64,000 bases of DNA from an uncultured Rhodothermales bacterium (GTDB taxonomy: Bacteria; Bacteroidota; Rhodothermia; Rhodothermales; UBA10348): contig CAYLHF010000017.1 in the NCBI GenBank assembly GCA_964383365.1, forward strand, positions 3,506 to 67,505, written 5' to 3'. A model generated the notes under the pieces. It was not told where the DNA came from and did not search any database. It saw nothing but the letters and a program-made list of their open reading frames with translations. Below are positions 21,083 through 33,229 of the stretch, in pieces (position 1 is the first letter of the stretch; each line of letters begins with the position of its first letter). Both the position numbers and the translations under genes were made by a program.

Positions 21083-22039
21083 ATGAAAATTACCGAGTTA
21101 TTGGAATCTACGAAGAATCCGCAGATCAGCTATGAGATTATTCCGCCCAAACGCGGAGGCTCGGTTCGTCAGATTATGGAAATTGTCGAGGCGTTGATAG
21201 AGTACGAGCCTTCCTATATCGACGTAACGTCTCATTCTGCCCAGATTTACTACGAGGAACAGAGCGATGGAAGTTGGCGACGACACGTAAAGAGAAAACG
21301 TCCCGGAACCCTCGGCATGTGTGCGGCCATCAAGAGCCGGTTCGGAATCGAAGCGGTTCCGCACTTGCTCTGCAAAGGATTCACCCGGGAGGAGAGCGAA
21401 GATGCGCTCATAGAACTGAATTATCTCGGTCTTCAGAACGTGATGGCGCTACGCGGAGATGATTCCGGATATAGAAAACCTTTACGTGGAGAACGGACCA
21501 CCAACGAGTATGCCATAGATCTGGTCAGGCAGATTAGTGCCATGAACGCGGGCTCCTACCTGGAAGATCTGATGGACGCGGAGTCTACTGATTTCTGCGT
21601 CGGAGTGGCCGGATATCCCGAAAAGCATTTCGAGGCCCCAAACCTGACCTGGGATATTCTGAACTTGAAGAGAAAGGTCGATGCCGGAGCAGGTTATATA
21701 ACGACACAGATGTTTTTCGAGAACGCGCACTATTTTGCGTTCGTCGATAGGTGTAGGGAGGTAGGAATCACGGTTCCGATTATCCCGGGCATCAAAGTAA
21801 TGACTAATCGCCGGCAACTTCAGATGTTGCCGAGCCGTTTTCACGTCCAGATTCCGGAGGCTCTCGCAGCAGAAGTTGATGCTGCGTCAGATGATCAGGT
21901 CGCCGCTATCGGAGTGGAGTGGGCGCGGAAACAGAGCGAAGAACTGCTGGGAAGCGGGGTAAAAAATCTCCACTTCTATATCCTCCAGAACCCGACATTT
22001 GTGTCAGATGTCGTGAGCCACCTGCGGAAAATAGCCTGA
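21083..22039 (+). CDS. metF: Methylenetetrahydrofolate reductase
   Basis: SYEIIPPKRG, AVPHLLC, NVMALRGD, VGVAGYPEKH, LKRKVDAGA, ITTQMFF, LHFY. Confidence 0.94.
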   Translation: MKITELLESTKNPQISYEIIPPKRGGSVRQIMEIVEALIEYEPSYIDVTSHSAQIYYEEQSDGSWRRHVKRKRPGTLGMCAAIKSRFGIEAVPHLLCKGFTREESEDALIELNYLGLQNVMALRGDDSGYRKPLRGERTTNEYAIDLVRQISAMNAGSYLEDLMDAESTDFCVGVAGYPEKHFEAPNLTWDILNLKRKVDAGAGYITTQMFFENAHYFAFVDRCREVGITVPIIPGIKVMTNRRQLQMLPSRFHVQIPEALAAEVDAASDDQVAAIGVEWARKQSEELLGSGVKNLHFYILQNPTFVSDVVSHLRKIA

Positions 22040-22095
22040 CGCTTTGCGTGTTTTCCTCTTGGAGGGTGTCCCAGTTGCTGCGGAATGAATGGCCA

Positions 22096-22536
22096 CTACA
22101 GCTCATTCAGGTAACGATCTTCGAGTCGTCTCATCACCGCTCTTTTTTCTGCTGTATCGTCGTCGTACCCGGCAAGATGAAGGAGACCGTGGACTACGTA
22201 ACGGGCTACTTCTTCTTCGGCGGTCACGTTGAATTCCTGACATCGCTCCCGAGCGGTCTCCATATCTACATATACCTCTCCCTCGATTCCTTTTTCTGAA
22301 CTATCCAACAGGAAGGAGAGAACATCGGTATTATAGTCGTGGCCCAGAAATTCAACATTCAGTGAACGAAGCCGTTCATGGCAGGTGAGAACGATTCCGA
22401 CAGACGACCCCGCGATGTTCTCGCCCGTCAGGACACGTTCAGACAGTTGTAGCAGATCGTCTTCATCGAGTTCGATTTCGTTGTCCTCGTAGCATGCATC
22501 GATAGAGACTGAAATATCACAGCGACTGGAATCCAT
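22096..22536 (-). CDS. ybeY: rRNA maturation endoribonuclease YbeY
   Basis: LNVEFLGHDYNTDVLSF, GEVYV, VVHGLLHLAGYDD. Confidence 0.92.
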   Translation of the reverse strand: MDSSRCDISVSIDACYEDNEIELDEDDLLQLSERVLTGENIAGSSVGIVLTCHERLRSLNVEFLGHDYNTDVLSFLLDSSEKGIEGEVYVDMETARERCQEFNVTAEEEVARYVVHGLLHLAGYDDDTAEKRAVMRRLEDRYLNEL

Positions 22537-22584
22537 ATCGAAGGCCCCGACCTCGAACCTGACAGCAGGTTTCGGTGAATTGAC

Positions 22585-23040
22585 CTAGCCAAGGTCGTCG
22601 AACAATTCCTCTGTAACCGAGAGTGCTACGCTACTCATAATCAATTCCGGCGGGAGTTGCGTGAAATCAGTAGAAAACAGTCGCGTATCTACGTTCGCAT
22701 ACAGGGAACAGCCGGCCTCCCTTTCAACGACCAGTCCATTAGCAGCGGTACCGGTTTTTGCTACGAAAATCACCTCTCCCAACTCCTTGCTCGCAAGAAA
22801 ACCCGTACACATCTGGAGTTGAAGGAACGAACTCGCAGCATAGACAGAGATCAGATTTGCATATCCACTCACATCAATCTCTACCGGTACTTCGACATGA
22901 GAATGGATCTCCAACGTAATTCGCCTTCCGCTTTTTTTATGCGACAATTCGAATCGGGACATATCACCATGTCTCGTCGATGATACACCGAGTACACTTT
23001 CGATACGTTCGATATCTGCATCCGAGAATGAGAACGCCAT
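22585..23040 (-). CDS. Hypothetical protein (151 aa), upstream of ybeY
   Basis: Clean ATG ORF that fills the gap, co-oriented with ybeY; no family recognised. Confidence 0.75.
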   Translation of the reverse strand: MAFSFSDADIERIESVLGVSSTRHGDMSRFELSHKKSGRRITLEIHSHVEVPVEIDVSGYANLISVYAASSFLQLQMCTGFLASKELGEVIFVAKTGTAANGLVVEREAGCSLYANVDTRLFSTDFTQLPPELIMSSVALSVTEELFDDLG

Positions 23041-23282
23041 TCTAACCTTCTATCCTATTTTTACAAACAATATTCGCTCAAAGCATCAGGTCTCGGACCG
23101 GAAAGATAGCAGATGCCTCTTCCTAATACAAAGCGAACGCTACGTCGTCCGATAGCTTCCGGTGGTGGGCACGATTCGATCCCATCTCTATGCTGTCGGA
23201 CCCGATCGCTATTTCAAATGAGCGTGCACTACCTTACGGATCGCGGGCCATCAGTTTCATTATTTTTGATCGAGTACACAGA

Positions 23283-23663
23283 ATGAATCGATCCTTCATC
23301 ATCATAGGCGCTCTCGCAGCAGCATTATCTGTCGCCCTGGGTGCATTTGCCGCTCATGCGCTGAAAAATATTCTCGCGCCGGACCGGTTGGAGGTCTTTC
23401 AGACAGGCATTCGATATTTGATGTTTCATTCCCTGGGGCTGATCCTCTGCGGATCCCTGGCAGACGATCGGCTTTCACCAGGATGGCGACGATCCAGTGG
23501 ATATTTCTTCATCCTGGGCATGGCGACGTTCAGCGGGAGCCTCGTGGCTCTGGGTCTTACAGGTATCCGATTGCTCGGAGCCGTAGCACCAATCGGTGGA
23601 ATCGCATTTATTCTCGGGTGGCTGACACTTGCGGTTTCCGTGATCAGAGGCAACCGACAGTAG
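23283..23663 (+). CDS. DUF423 (YgdD/TMEM256) family membrane protein
   Basis: LGAFAAHAL, FQTGIRYLMFH, FSGSLVAL, LGAVAPIGG; start moved to ATG 23283. Confidence 0.9.
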   Translation: MNRSFIIIGALAAALSVALGAFAAHALKNILAPDRLEVFQTGIRYLMFHSLGLILCGSLADDRLSPGWRRSSGYFFILGMATFSGSLVALGLTGIRLLGAVAPIGGIAFILGWLTLAVSVIRGNRQ

Positions 23664-23692
23664 GCCACGCTACAGAAAGCGAAACGGCCTGA

Positions 23693-24091
23693 TCAGGAAA
23701 CTTCCTCCTCCTCAAAGAGGAGCGTGACACTCGGCAAAAGGGAATGCTCTTTCGCCAACATAAGTAGAACGGCAGCCGTTTCTTCTGCTGTATCGTAGCT
23801 GCCGACTTCCTTACTGTCCACGGCCAGGGCGTAACCGATATCATCGTCCTGGCCGGGTGTATACTCCTCCCATTCGACTCCTTCTTCGACGACAAAAATG
23901 TGATCTTCAGGGACGTAAGAGCCGATGTAGCGTTCCTGGGAGCGGTCCGCATCGATAAGACTCAGATTTCCGAGTGCTTCGTATTCATCGTCGTAGAATA
24001 GCGTCTCTGCAATGAGTCGCTGGGTGAAATCATCTGCACCGATAGTACCCATCACGAACCTCCGGGAAACACTGGACTGATTGACGGACAC
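23693..24091 (-). CDS. Acidic hypothetical protein (132 aa)
   Basis: GTG-start ORF downstream of lipB, very D/E-rich; no family recognised. Confidence 0.75.
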   Translation of the reverse strand: MSVNQSSVSRRFVMGTIGADDFTQRLIAETLFYDDEYEALGNLSLIDADRSQERYIGSYVPEDHIFVVEEGVEWEEYTPGQDDDIGYALAVDSKEVGSYDTAEETAAVLLMLAKEHSLLPSVTLLFEEEEVS

Positions 24092-24109
24092 GGAATACCA
24101 ACGACCGAA

Positions 24110-24868
24110 CTATGAGGCCGCTGTGTCCGAAAGATACACCTGAAGAAACGCATCTGCTTCCTTCCGGTCAAGATTCGTCGTTTTCGAATCGAACACATCG
24201 GCGAAATGGACCGCGAGTTTTTCTTCAACGATAACTTCCGATACGGTCTCCCTGAGCTCTTTCTGGAGCGAAGTCACCCCTCGGTCTGCGATACCACAGG
24301 GGACGATCATGTCAAAATGGTCCAGATTCGTGTTCACGTTGAGTGCGAATCCGTGCATGGTGACCCAGCGACTACATCGAATTCCCATGGCGGAGATCTT
24401 TCTTTCGGGTCCTCTCGAATCGGCAGGAATCCACACCCCGGTTCGTCCTTCGACGCGAGTGGTCTGCACGCCGTAATCTGAACAAGTTCGAATGATGACT
24501 TCTTCCAGATCACGTAAATATCTATGGATATCCGTGTAGAACCTGTCGAGATCCAGAATGGGATAGCCTACAATTTGCCCCGGTCCGTGATAGGTGATAT
24601 CACCTCCACGATCGATTGGGACAAATGAAGCTCCTTCGGCTTCCAGTCTCTCGTTGCTGGCAAGGAGATTCTTCCGGTCACCACTTTTTCCCAACGTGAA
24701 TACGGGCGGATGCTGGCACAAGAGGAGCACGTGATCGATAGCCCGGGATGGACGAGCTCTTTTGGCGGAAACCAGACGAGATTGTATTTTTCGTTGCAGT
24801 GTCCAGGCAGGTTCATACTGCATGACCCCCATATGACAGGTCACTATATGTTGACGTGAATCGGACAC
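24110..24868 (-). CDS. lipB: Lipoyl(octanoyl) transferase
   Basis: [51 protein letters not shown]. Confidence 0.96.
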   Translation of the reverse strand: MSDSRQHIVTCHMGVMQYEPAWTLQRKIQSRLVSAKRARPSRAIDHVLLLCQHPPVFTLGKSGDRKNLLASNERLEAEGASFVPIDRGGDITYHGPGQIVGYPILDLDRFYTDIHRYLRDLEEVIIRTCSDYGVQTTRVEGRTGVWIPADSRGPERKISAMGIRCSRWVTMHGFALNVNTNLDHFDMIVPCGIADRGVTSLQKELRETVSEVIVEEKLAVHFADVFDSKTTNLDRKEADAFLQVYLSDTAAS

Positions 24869-24873
24869 GGCAC

Positions 24874-27800
24874 CTAATTCGCTATCGAGACGCGAATATT
24901 AAAGTTTCCCTGGATCATGGTGGCCGACGGCTGGCGGCTGTCTTCACTGTCGAATTTTTCGTACTTCAGCGTAAAGTCTGCCGATACCCGGTTACTGAAT
25001 TGATACGCGATTCTGGGTTGGATGGTCGTTCGAACGTGAGCCGTGACGAGGGAAATATTGTCTCCTGTCAGTGCGTCCGCCGTCACAAAGTCCGGGTCTG
25101 ATATTGCGCTCTGCAGCGCTCTCCGAAGTCGAAGTCGCTGATCCCTGGTCGTCGCCCTGGCCAGCGTGAGGCTGAAGCTGATCCGGTTGTTCAATTTCTT
25201 TCCACCGAACAGCGGCAACCGGAGTCCCGTTTTCTGCCACGTCATGTTCAGGGAGAATTCGTTGGTTCGATTCTCGCTGACCTCAAAATTACTCGTACTA
25301 AGCGAAAATGAGTTACTCCTGGACCACGACAGATTGGTCTGAAATTGCCCCTTCCACGTTATATCCATCCCAATCAGAGGAGAATACCGCTCATTGATTC
25401 TCACGTTTCCGGTCTGGAATTCGCGGACAGGGAATTCTATCTGGCGCGATCCCAGATCGAGTGTACGCAGCGAATCGTTATCACCGAACTGGGTATTTGT
25501 GCTGTAGTCTGCGCTGTAATCAGCGTTGTATCCGTGTTTTAGAGTAAGATTCTTGACCAGAGCGCGAATAATAGGCCACTTTGACAGGCCGGTGTAATTT
25601 ACCGTCCAACTGGGCTTCGGAAACGGGAGTAAGTTTCTACTGTCAAGCGTGTTGCCCCCACCGACAAAATTACTGCGGAAATCGTCGGTGACCGATTCGT
25701 TGGTCAGAACCACTCTACCGTCTCGATTCTCGTCCCCCAGTCGTTCAGGGTCGTCCTCCGGAGATGCCGCGAGGTCTTCCGTATACGTCGCCAACTGGGC
25801 CTGAAACAGGTCTATGTATGATGCCCCGAAGGCCCAGACAGACGATTTATTCGTACCTGATTGGGTAAGCGTCGTGTCTATCCCGATAATATTCTGGTCC
25901 AGATCGAGTGCGGGTCGGAAAGTAAAATTTTTGTCCTGTTGGAAATCGAGATTCCAGTTCAGATTGATCGAGAGGGACTTGGATGGATTGAGGGTCGTCC
26001 GGCCCTGAAACTTGTTGCCGTTGTTCAGGATGTCTGCCACCTGCAGGGAGGGGTCGATAAGCCGATCTGTAATATCGAATGTTCTGTCGAGCCCGAACCG
26101 ATAGGCGGGAGACGCGCCGTGTCCGTTAAACGCGTCGATGAGGGAGAAGTGAGTCTCCACATCAGACACCGTGCCATCGTCGTTCAGGATTGGCGTACCC
26201 ACATTCGTCGACGATGCACCTCTTGTGCCGTCATACGACAGCGTGAAATCCCTGATTCCTGTCGCGGCCAGTATCAACTGCCGGGCGAGAGAACCGAAAT
26301 TTGGAAACGGAAGCCTGAATCCGCCACCAGACGATGATTCTTCTTCCTTGGCAGCCCCTATTCCCCGGGCATCATTTATACCTGGATTTTTCGGGGGCTC
26401 TACCTCTTTTTCAGGAGCGTCTTCAACGTCGTCTTGCTCGCCTGACACTTCCGGGTCATTCGTAACTGAGTCGTCTTTGTCCTTCACGTCCTCTGATGCC
26501 GTCTCCTCTTTTTTACCGTCCTCCGCATTTTCTTCCTCCTTCTTCTTGAGGGCCTCTTCGGCTTCCTTCCTCATTCTCTCTTCCTGTTTTTCGGCCTCTC
26601 TGGCGGCCTTTCGCCTCTTCTTCTCTGCATCCCGAACCTTTCGCTCCCGGTCTCGATCGGATTCGTACTTCTTTTGCTTTTTCTCGATAGACTTGTAGAA
26701 GCCAAATTTTCTCCAGAACTCCTGTACGCGTACAGACATTCCAGCTCGGAAGGAGACCTGATTTCGAATATTGGCGCCGGTATTTCTACCTATGGGTCCG
26801 TTTTGCCAGTTGAAGATGGCCTGATAACTGATGTCCTGAAGCTGAATCCAATTCAGCGCCTTGATCCGGTTCAAGCGCGGTCGAAATGAAGCCGTGAATC
26901 GCTGGTCACTTTTCTCTGCCCTGGCAATCCCTCGTTCGGAAAGAAAATCGCTGATTACGTTGTTGGCTGACCGGACCTGCAGCGCTGACTGTTCGAATGC
27001 ATTTGCCAGTTGCTCTTCGCTAAGTAAGCCTTGATCCTGAGCCTGGGCCAGCGAGACACCGGCGAGAAGCGTATCCGGTGTCACAACTGAAAAAAGAGTA
27101 TCGACACCGGCCGCGTTGAGGCTCTGGGACGTATTCAGGTCGAACCCGAGATTGAGGAAGACAAACGGGCTGTACTGAAAAGCGAAATTCCTGGAATGCG
27201 AAAACGTGTGTTTCTCTCGTGCAGGAAAACGCACCGAGAGAGGGACTGTCGACGTATCTCCCGGCGCAAGGATCGGGCGCTCCCGCGTTTCGGAGAAGTT
27301 TCGTGTGAACGTTGCCGACGAAGTAAAAGACTTCGGCATGTAGTTGAATTGAAGACTGCCAAGGGTCCCTCCAAGGAGAGGTATGGAACGAAGGAACCAG
27401 AACGGGCTCAGCGTGCGGGTTTTTCTGGACGCGAATCGATAACTGAGGGTTGAGGACCAACGCCATGAATCATTCTGAAGCTGAGTCGGGCTACGGGACT
27501 CGGAATTGGAATGTGAGTAGGTAAGGCCAATACCGTCGATGGTATTTCGGAGAATGCGTGACCGGGAGTTACTCTTCCCGATTCGACCCGTGATCGAGCG
27601 GGTGAAAGAATGCGTCTGTGCCGACTGGGTGGCTTCCAGTTTTGCCGCCTCCTTTTCTGCAGGCTCCAGGTCAGTTCGTTCATCAATTTGTGAAAGCAGT
27701 TCTTCGAGTCGGACATCCCCACGGGTAGGCGAAAAGCGTGGGGTCGTCGTATTCGACTGGATCTGAACAGAGAGCGGAATTTTCCAATTGTAGCGTTCCG

Positions 27801-30800
27801 GAATCAATTTGTCCGCGTTGAACTCCGATGTCACACTCCAGTTATCGATATTATTCTGCTCTCTGTCTCCAAGACTGCTCGCGAGTGACCCGAAGCCATC
27901 TGTCTGGGTCCGAATATTGGTTTTTATCCTCGCTACATCTGCCAGTTTGATGTCGGCGTTGAATAGGGCAGCCCAGCCGTTAGTCTCGTCGTAGCCGGCT
28001 ACCCGAAGTTCGTTGACCCAAACCGTTACATCTTCAAGAACGTCTTCAAACGCCGTACTGGTTGAGTCTGCTGCATTCCGGATCCCGATCACGATGCTGT
28101 TGACTCGGCCCAGAGACGGAGTCCCGCGTATGGAAAGTCTCGTTCCCGGTGGTGCAAACGTCTCGGCGTCGGGAGCATCGGGCGTGCGGAGAGTATCCGC
28201 GATCACATTGACAAATACACTGTCGGTAGGGAATGCCAGTCGGTCCCGGGCTACTTTGAGTTTATTCAGGGCACTGAGTTCAATATTCATCGAATTCAGA
28301 TCCTGGATAACCTCATTGAACGGCACGTTGGTCTGCCATAATTCGTCGGAAGAACCGGACGTTTCAGAGGAGGGAGAGAGCGGCTGTTCGTACTCGTAAT
28401 AGTCATTGGTCTGGTTTGCACCCAGCCGGACAAAAAGTTTTACTTTGCCTCGTGCCACCTCCGGTGGGAGGGAGGAGATATCCACCCCGTCCATGGTTTT
28501 GCCCGACAGGTGGGCGAACATTCTGAGGTTCGAGTACTTGAGCAGATCGAGACCCTGATTCTGGGTCTTGAAAATGGCCCGCTGTCTACCCGGTTTCAGG
28601 TTTTCCACTCGAAGCACAAGGGCCTGTTCTCGCGCATTCTGGATCCCGCCGTTGGCGAGTCGCGTCTGGCTTACGACTGCCCCGGCCGGAGGAATGTAGG
28701 TGTCGGCATTCTCCTCATTATTGATGCTGGAGATCGTGAGTTTCGTGTCTTCAGCTGCCGTTTCGAACGCATTTTCGCGTTCGGAAGCGACCTGTGGAGC
28801 TTTCTGCCACTGGCTTCCTACGAGCTCCAGCGTCGCAAATCGCATCGTGATGGGCACTTTGTGTCCGGTTGTCCAGATACGCATCGATTCGATGAGACTG
28901 AAATCCTGGATAGTGCCTACCTGGCGTGTAAATCGCTGTACCGGAATGCGCACCTGAAACCAACCTGTGCCTCTCCCGTCCCGATCTGTAATTTCACCGA
29001 CCACAAAATCGTCGACCATATCTGGTGCCGCAAGAGAGTCAAGGGCGCTCTTGCTCAGAGGTAATTCATACTGGAAATAACTGTTTTCCGTATCGACTGT
29101 GGAGTTCAGATTTCGATCTTCCGAGTCCGGGAAACGTGAATTACCGCGACGGATCGACGTGTTATTCGCCAGCTTGTTTTGCGTCTCGAACGCATTCAGT
29201 TCGTGACCGGCAAAATAGTGGGTGAAGTGCTGCTGAAAGGTGGCCGTATTCGGGAAGAGTTCGGCATTCCCGTAGAACTGTTCGTTTGCAAAATAGTGGT
29301 AGTCATCGCCGGACGGATCTGCCAGGGCCTTTGCCATTTCTGCTCGGTACTTCGGATCGCCGGAACCGGCGTCCAGGGAATTCAGGAAATCGGCGAAGTG
29401 ATCCTGTTCGGTCGCAAATGGGGGGTAGTCTCCTCCGTACGATGCAAGACCGTCGAGTCCGAGATCTTCAGTACGTTGTGTCGCGTCATCTACATCGACC
29501 ACACTGTTTTGCGTAGCGTTCGGGGTACGACCCCACGTAAGGACGCTGGACTCGCCTATCGTTGCCATCGAGAGGCCATCTTCATTATTCAGCTTCTCGT
29601 CCGGGACGACATCCTCTGAAATGGACCCCAGATCTACATAAAGTTTTGCACTACGACCGGCATCCTGCTCCGCATTTTCAGCGAATGGACGGAAGACAAA
29701 CTCCACGAAATCGATGTTTTTCAGACTGAAATCAGTAAACCCTTCCGGCAGGCGCTGCGTCATGCCGCCCCACGTCTCCTGCGGATCATCCAGGAATCCT
29801 CTCAGGTCTCGGGTATAATTGTAGGGCCCGCGAGCCGCCGGGTCGAAAAACAGGTCGAACGTTTCGAGCGATGGATCCAACTCTCCGCTCGCATCTCGAT
29901 TAGGGAAGACTTCGTCGATTCGGAAAATCTTGATCGACTCACCGCTAAATGCCACGGTGGGGATTTCTCTGAGCATGTTGGCATTGATTCGGTACCATGC
30001 AAACGAGCTTCTCCAGTTCGTCCGAAGCGAATCGGCTTCCGACCCCGGCCGAATGCCGAGACGATCGACGATGCCGATGGAGTCCGGGGGGGCGCTGAGC
30101 CCCCACGTTCCCGGCTGCATCAGAGAGAACGTATTTTCGAAGCCTTCGAAATCATCGATGTACGACGTGCCTTTCAATTCGTCGGTTGCAAAGTCGCGAC
30201 CCTGCTTCTTGAGATCGCTACGTGTGCGATCAAAGGCAATGGTCTGTACCGTATTGGGCCGAAGCTGGGCGAATTCGCCGGTCAGCGCTATCTGGCTCGG
30301 TTCACGGGTCTGCAGGAGAGGAATGGCATCAATGGCCTGCGTCAGCCATCGAGGCTGCAACTTAACGTTTCCATCCACCCCCCAGATGGTATTCGAAATG
30401 GGCTCTTCACCGATACGAAACTTGTCGATCGGAGACTTCTGATTCATCTTCATCATGGTCGCCCCGAACGCAATCCGTTCGCTGGGACTGTAATCCAGAC
30501 GAAGTCCGAGGAGCGTCTTCTTCTGAAGAGTGAACAGGGAATTCTGCTCGTAGTCGATGGCAATCTCTCTACCCGACGTGAGGAACGCCGGATTAATGAT
30601 GTTGACGGTCGCCCCCGTGTAGTCCACGATGAAGTCGGTGCCCTCCTGAAGTGGCGTTCCTCCGGAGGTGACCCGAACGGACCCCTGGACAAGACCGGCG
30701 AATGCGTTCAGGTTGTAGAAACTCTTGACTGTACCCTTCGATGAGCCTCGAATCTGAAACACGTCGTGCTGGGAGTCTCTGCGGGCATTGGCCTTTTTCT

Positions 30801-32916
30801 GTAAGTAGAGTGCCTTGTATACGTACAGATCTTTGAGCTGCTGGCGCGCGTCTTCGGTACCGCCTCCGGCATCGATCAGAGTCGAGAGATGCTGTCCAAA
30901 AGGCTCGAGAACGGGGAAGAGGAGGGTACCGTCTCCGGGAACGATGGAGTAATTGACCAGGAAATCGAAGAGATCATCGGGTTGCAGCGCCTGATCTTCG
31001 TTGACCCGGTCCAATTTCAGCAGCTGGAGGAGCGTCTGCGTACCGCCGACGCCGGGTAGGGTCTTCGAGGCGGTCTTTCCCGGTGGTTCGTAAAAGATTT
31101 GTAACTCAAAATCAGTAGGTTGGATACCTCGATTGGGCAAACGGTAGATGTTTCGCATCTCCAGATACCACGCGGCCGGATTGAAATTGGACTCCGGTGC
31201 AGGCTGACGAAGTTGAACCGGCCGGACAAGTTTCAGGACCAGTTTATCTTCGTTTTGCCCACCATCGGATCCACCCGTGTCCGTCGAAAAATCGCCTACC
31301 TGAAAGGTGCGCCCGTTCGCGCGATAGCGATAGGCAACAGCCAGCGCTTCTGTCTCCTGGAGTCGCTGTCGCATGGTTACATACCCCAGCACCTCGTCCA
31401 CGTCATAATCGCGACCTCGCTCGAGTCGTTTGAACTTACCGACCTGAAAGTCGGACGCACCCAGTCCTTTCGATTCCAGATACGATCCAGGGGCAGCACT
31501 TCCCCGCCTCAATTCCTGGTCGATTTCGCCTCCCGGGTTGTGGTCATACTGATCGAGTCCATCGTTCGGGAGTAACTGGTCGGTATAGCCAGAGGCCAGC
31601 TCCAACATCCGTTCTGATTCTCCCAGGTCTACCATGGCAACGACCTGTCGTACGTTCAACTCCTCCGGCTGAGTCGGTTCGAGTCTCCAGATTTCGAATT
31701 CTGTGATGCGCTCAAATCCGTTGGCCAATCGAATCGTCGGAGGGTCGCTCATGGCTTCTTCCCATCGATTCCTGAAGTAATACGAAAGAAAGAAATGCGT
31801 TGCGTCAGAGTAATCCGTTGGTTTCAGATCAAACTCCGAGGCCTCAGATCCACCTTCAATATTCAGGCTGTTTGACTGACCCTCCTGCTGACTCGCCACC
31901 GTCGTGAGCGTGACACCGCCGAGTTTCAATTCGCTCTTTATCCCGAACAGGCTCTGGCCGCCTCGAATGAGTGTCGACGGGGTCTGAAGGAAGACATTAC
32001 CGGCTTCGATCTTCTGGATGATCTCGTCTTCGTATCCCGTGTATTGGAGTTTGAGCTGATTTTGGTAGTCAAACTGATTCTTGGAATCGTATTGAACATC
32101 GATCTGGAGTTTGTCTCCGATCGTTCCCTTGATCCCGAGTCGCAGATCCTGTTTGAAATTGGGATCCAATTGAGTGGGTGAACCCGTAATCGAAACCTGT
32201 TGATCGCTTTTTCGGTAGTCAAAACCGGCCGTGATGTCGGCCTGACCGTTAACACTCAGGTCGACCGACGGCTTCCCAAAAATGGAGGTAAAGGCACTCT
32301 GACGACCACCGGGTACGACAATATTGAATCCGAGACCTCCGCGGCGCCGTTGCGCAACCTCCCGCGCCCGCTGGACTACTATTTCGCGCCAGTTTTTGTC
32401 GAGATCACGGTCGAGTCTCGCCTTCTTGTAGTCGTCATAGGTAAGTCTGCGCGGAATTCGAATATCCGACTTTCCCACTTCCTCATGAGTCGTGTACGTG
32501 GTACGGCTGGTGTCGTATTCGATTCGATACGTCCAGTATTGCCCGAATTCTGTCGAGAACGGACGAATCGCCCTGGGGAAGATTCTGGCGCTCCAATCAT
32601 CTCTCCTCAATCGGGGCATATAGCGCGATGCTCTACCGGTATCGGGAGGAGCAAGGGAGTCAGCGAGCAGCGAATCCGCCGCGAGTAGAACGCGGAGCGA
32701 ATCCTTACTGATCGATACGGAATCGGTGTCGGCGCGAGCAAACGGAAAACTCTCGTACGTCCGATCAGCCAGGTGCGAATCCGTTCGCGCACTTCCTACG
32801 AGAACTACGGAAACACACAAAGCACCGACAAGGAGACTTAAAAGGAGTCTACCTGCGTACTGCCCTTCCGGGCGATCAGTATCGAGGAAATAAATGTCTG
32901 TAGTTGAATCGGACAC
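24874..32916 (-). CDS. sprA: Type IX secretion system outer-membrane translocon SprA/Sov
   Basis: 2680 aa; [62 protein letters not shown]-terminal beta-strand ending. Confidence 0.92.
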   Translation of the reverse strand: MSDSTTDIYFLDTDRPEGQYAGRLLLSLLVGALCVSVVLVGSARTDSHLADRTYESFPFARADTDSVSISKDSLRVLLAADSLLADSLAPPDTGRASRYMPRLRRDDWSARIFPRAIRPFSTEFGQYWTYRIEYDTSRTTYTTHEEVGKSDIRIPRRLTYDDYKKARLDRDLDKNWREIVVQRAREVAQRRRGGLGFNIVVPGGRQSAFTSIFGKPSVDLSVNGQADITAGFDYRKSDQQVSITGSPTQLDPNFKQDLRLGIKGTIGDKLQIDVQYDSKNQFDYQNQLKLQYTGYEDEIIQKIEAGNVFLQTPSTLIRGGQSLFGIKSELKLGGVTLTTVASQQEGQSNSLNIEGGSEASEFDLKPTDYSDATHFFLSYYFRNRWEEAMSDPPTIRLANGFERITEFEIWRLEPTQPEELNVRQVVAMVDLGESERMLELASGYTDQLLPNDGLDQYDHNPGGEIDQELRRGSAAPGSYLESKGLGASDFQVGKFKRLERGRDYDVDEVLGYVTMRQRLQETEALAVAYRYRANGRTFQVGDFSTDTGGSDGGQNEDKLVLKLVRPVQLRQPAPESNFNPAAWYLEMRNIYRLPNRGIQPTDFELQIFYEPPGKTASKTLPGVGGTQTLLQLLKLDRVNEDQALQPDDLFDFLVNYSIVPGDGTLLFPVLEPFGQHLSTLIDAGGGTEDARQQLKDLYVYKALYLQKKANARRDSQHDVFQIRGSSKGTVKSFYNLNAFAGLVQGSVRVTSGGTPLQEGTDFIVDYTGATVNIINPAFLTSGREIAIDYEQNSLFTLQKKTLLGLRLDYSPSERIAFGATMMKMNQKSPIDKFRIGEEPISNTIWGVDGNVKLQPRWLTQAIDAIPLLQTREPSQIALTGEFAQLRPNTVQTIAFDRTRSDLKKQGRDFATDELKGTSYIDDFEGFENTFSLMQPGTWGLSAPPDSIGIVDRLGIRPGSEADSLRTNWRSSFAWYRINANMLREIPTVAFSGESIKIFRIDEVFPNRDASGELDPSLETFDLFFDPAARGPYNYTRDLRGFLDDPQETWGGMTQRLPEGFTDFSLKNIDFVEFVFRPFAENAEQDAGRSAKLYVDLGSISEDVVPDEKLNNEDGLSMATIGESSVLTWGRTPNATQNSVVDVDDATQRTEDLGLDGLASYGGDYPPFATEQDHFADFLNSLDAGSGDPKYRAEMAKALADPSGDDYHYFANEQFYGNAELFPNTATFQQHFTHYFAGHELNAFETQNKLANNTSIRRGNSRFPDSEDRNLNSTVDTENSYFQYELPLSKSALDSLAAPDMVDDFVVGEITDRDGRGTGWFQVRIPVQRFTRQVGTIQDFSLIESMRIWTTGHKVPITMRFATLELVGSQWQKAPQVASERENAFETAAEDTKLTISSINNEENADTYIPPAGAVVSQTRLANGGIQNAREQALVLRVENLKPGRQRAIFKTQNQGLDLLKYSNLRMFAHLSGKTMDGVDISSLPPEVARGKVKLFVRLGANQTNDYYEYEQPLSPSSETSGSSDELWQTNVPFNEVIQDLNSMNIELSALNKLKVARDRLAFPTDSVFVNVIADTLRTPDAPDAETFAPPGTRLSIRGTPSLGRVNSIVIGIRNAADSTSTAFEDVLEDVTVWVNELRVAGYDETNGWAALFNADIKLADVARIKTNIRTQTDGFGSLASSLGDREQNNIDNWSVTSEFNADKLIPERYNWKIPLSVQIQSNTTTPRFSPTRGDVRLEELLSQIDERTDLEPAEKEAAKLEATQSAQTHSFTRSITGRIGKSNSRSRILRNTIDGIGLTYSHSNSESRSPTQLQNDSWRWSSTLSYRFASRKTRTLSPFWFLRSIPLLGGTLGSLQFNYMPKSFTSSATFTRNFSETRERPILAPGDTSTVPLSVRFPAREKHTFSHSRNFAFQYSPFVFLNLGFDLNTSQSLNAAGVDTLFSVVTPDTLLAGVSLAQAQDQGLLSEEQLANAFEQSALQVRSANNVISDFLSERGIARAEKSDQRFTASFRPRLNRIKALNWIQLQDISYQAIFNWQNGPIGRNTGANIRNQVSFRAGMSVRVQEFWRKFGFYKSIEKKQKKYESDRDRERKVRDAEKKRRKAAREAEKQEERMRKEAEEALKKKEEENAEDGKKEETASEDVKDKDDSVTNDPEVSGEQDDVEDAPEKEVEPPKNPGINDARGIGAAKEEESSSGGGFRLPFPNFGSLARQLILAATGIRDFTLSYDGTRGASSTNVGTPILNDDGTVSDVETHFSLIDAFNGHGASPAYRFGLDRTFDITDRLIDPSLQVADILNNGNKFQGRTTLNPSKSLSINLNWNLDFQQDKNFTFRPALDLDQNIIGIDTTLTQSGTNKSSVWAFGASYIDLFQAQLATYTEDLAASPEDDPERLGDENRDGRVVLTNESVTDDFRSNFVGGGNTLDSRNLLPFPKPSWTVNYTGLSKWPIIRALVKNLTLKHGYNADYSADYSTNTQFGDNDSLRTLDLGSRQIEFPVREFQTGNVRINERYSPLIGMDITWKGQFQTNLSWSRSNSFSLSTSNFEVSENRTNEFSLNMTWQKTGLRLPLFGGKKLNNRISFSLTLARATTRDQRLRLRRALQSAISDPDFVTADALTGDNISLVTAHVRTTIQPRIAYQFSNRVSADFTLKYEKFDSEDSRQPSATMIQGNFNIRVSIAN

Positions 32917-33229
32917 GGATTACAGGCAACAATCGGCTGACGGCCCTCAGGCCTGCCGAACTGAAATCATGAATAACAAACAAGGAGGGAAAATAGTAGC
33001 TGGAGTTGCCTATATGCGATGTGTCTATAAATACAACTATTGTGATGTGTGCTGACCGATGATGCCTGAGCCGCAAGAAATAACGGTCTCCATACAAGAA
33101 TCTATTTCTTTTGTTCTGTTTATTCTCACGTTTCCCTGCCAGAATCAAGGGGAGCATCGTGTGGGTGGAAGTCTGTCAATAGTACGCGTCAAATCGTACG
33201 TACACCCAAGAATCGGCCCGGGTAAATGG

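Noticed and set aside
23160-23190. tRNA-like fragment (GTGGG...TTCGATCCCA)
   Set aside because: Extra bases break the T-arm; no D or anticodon arms and no CCA
32876-33157. 93-aa ORF upstream of sprA, and the opposite-strand 148-aa ORF at 33059
   Set aside because: Both overlap real genes, have atypical composition and sit in an AT-rich promoter region
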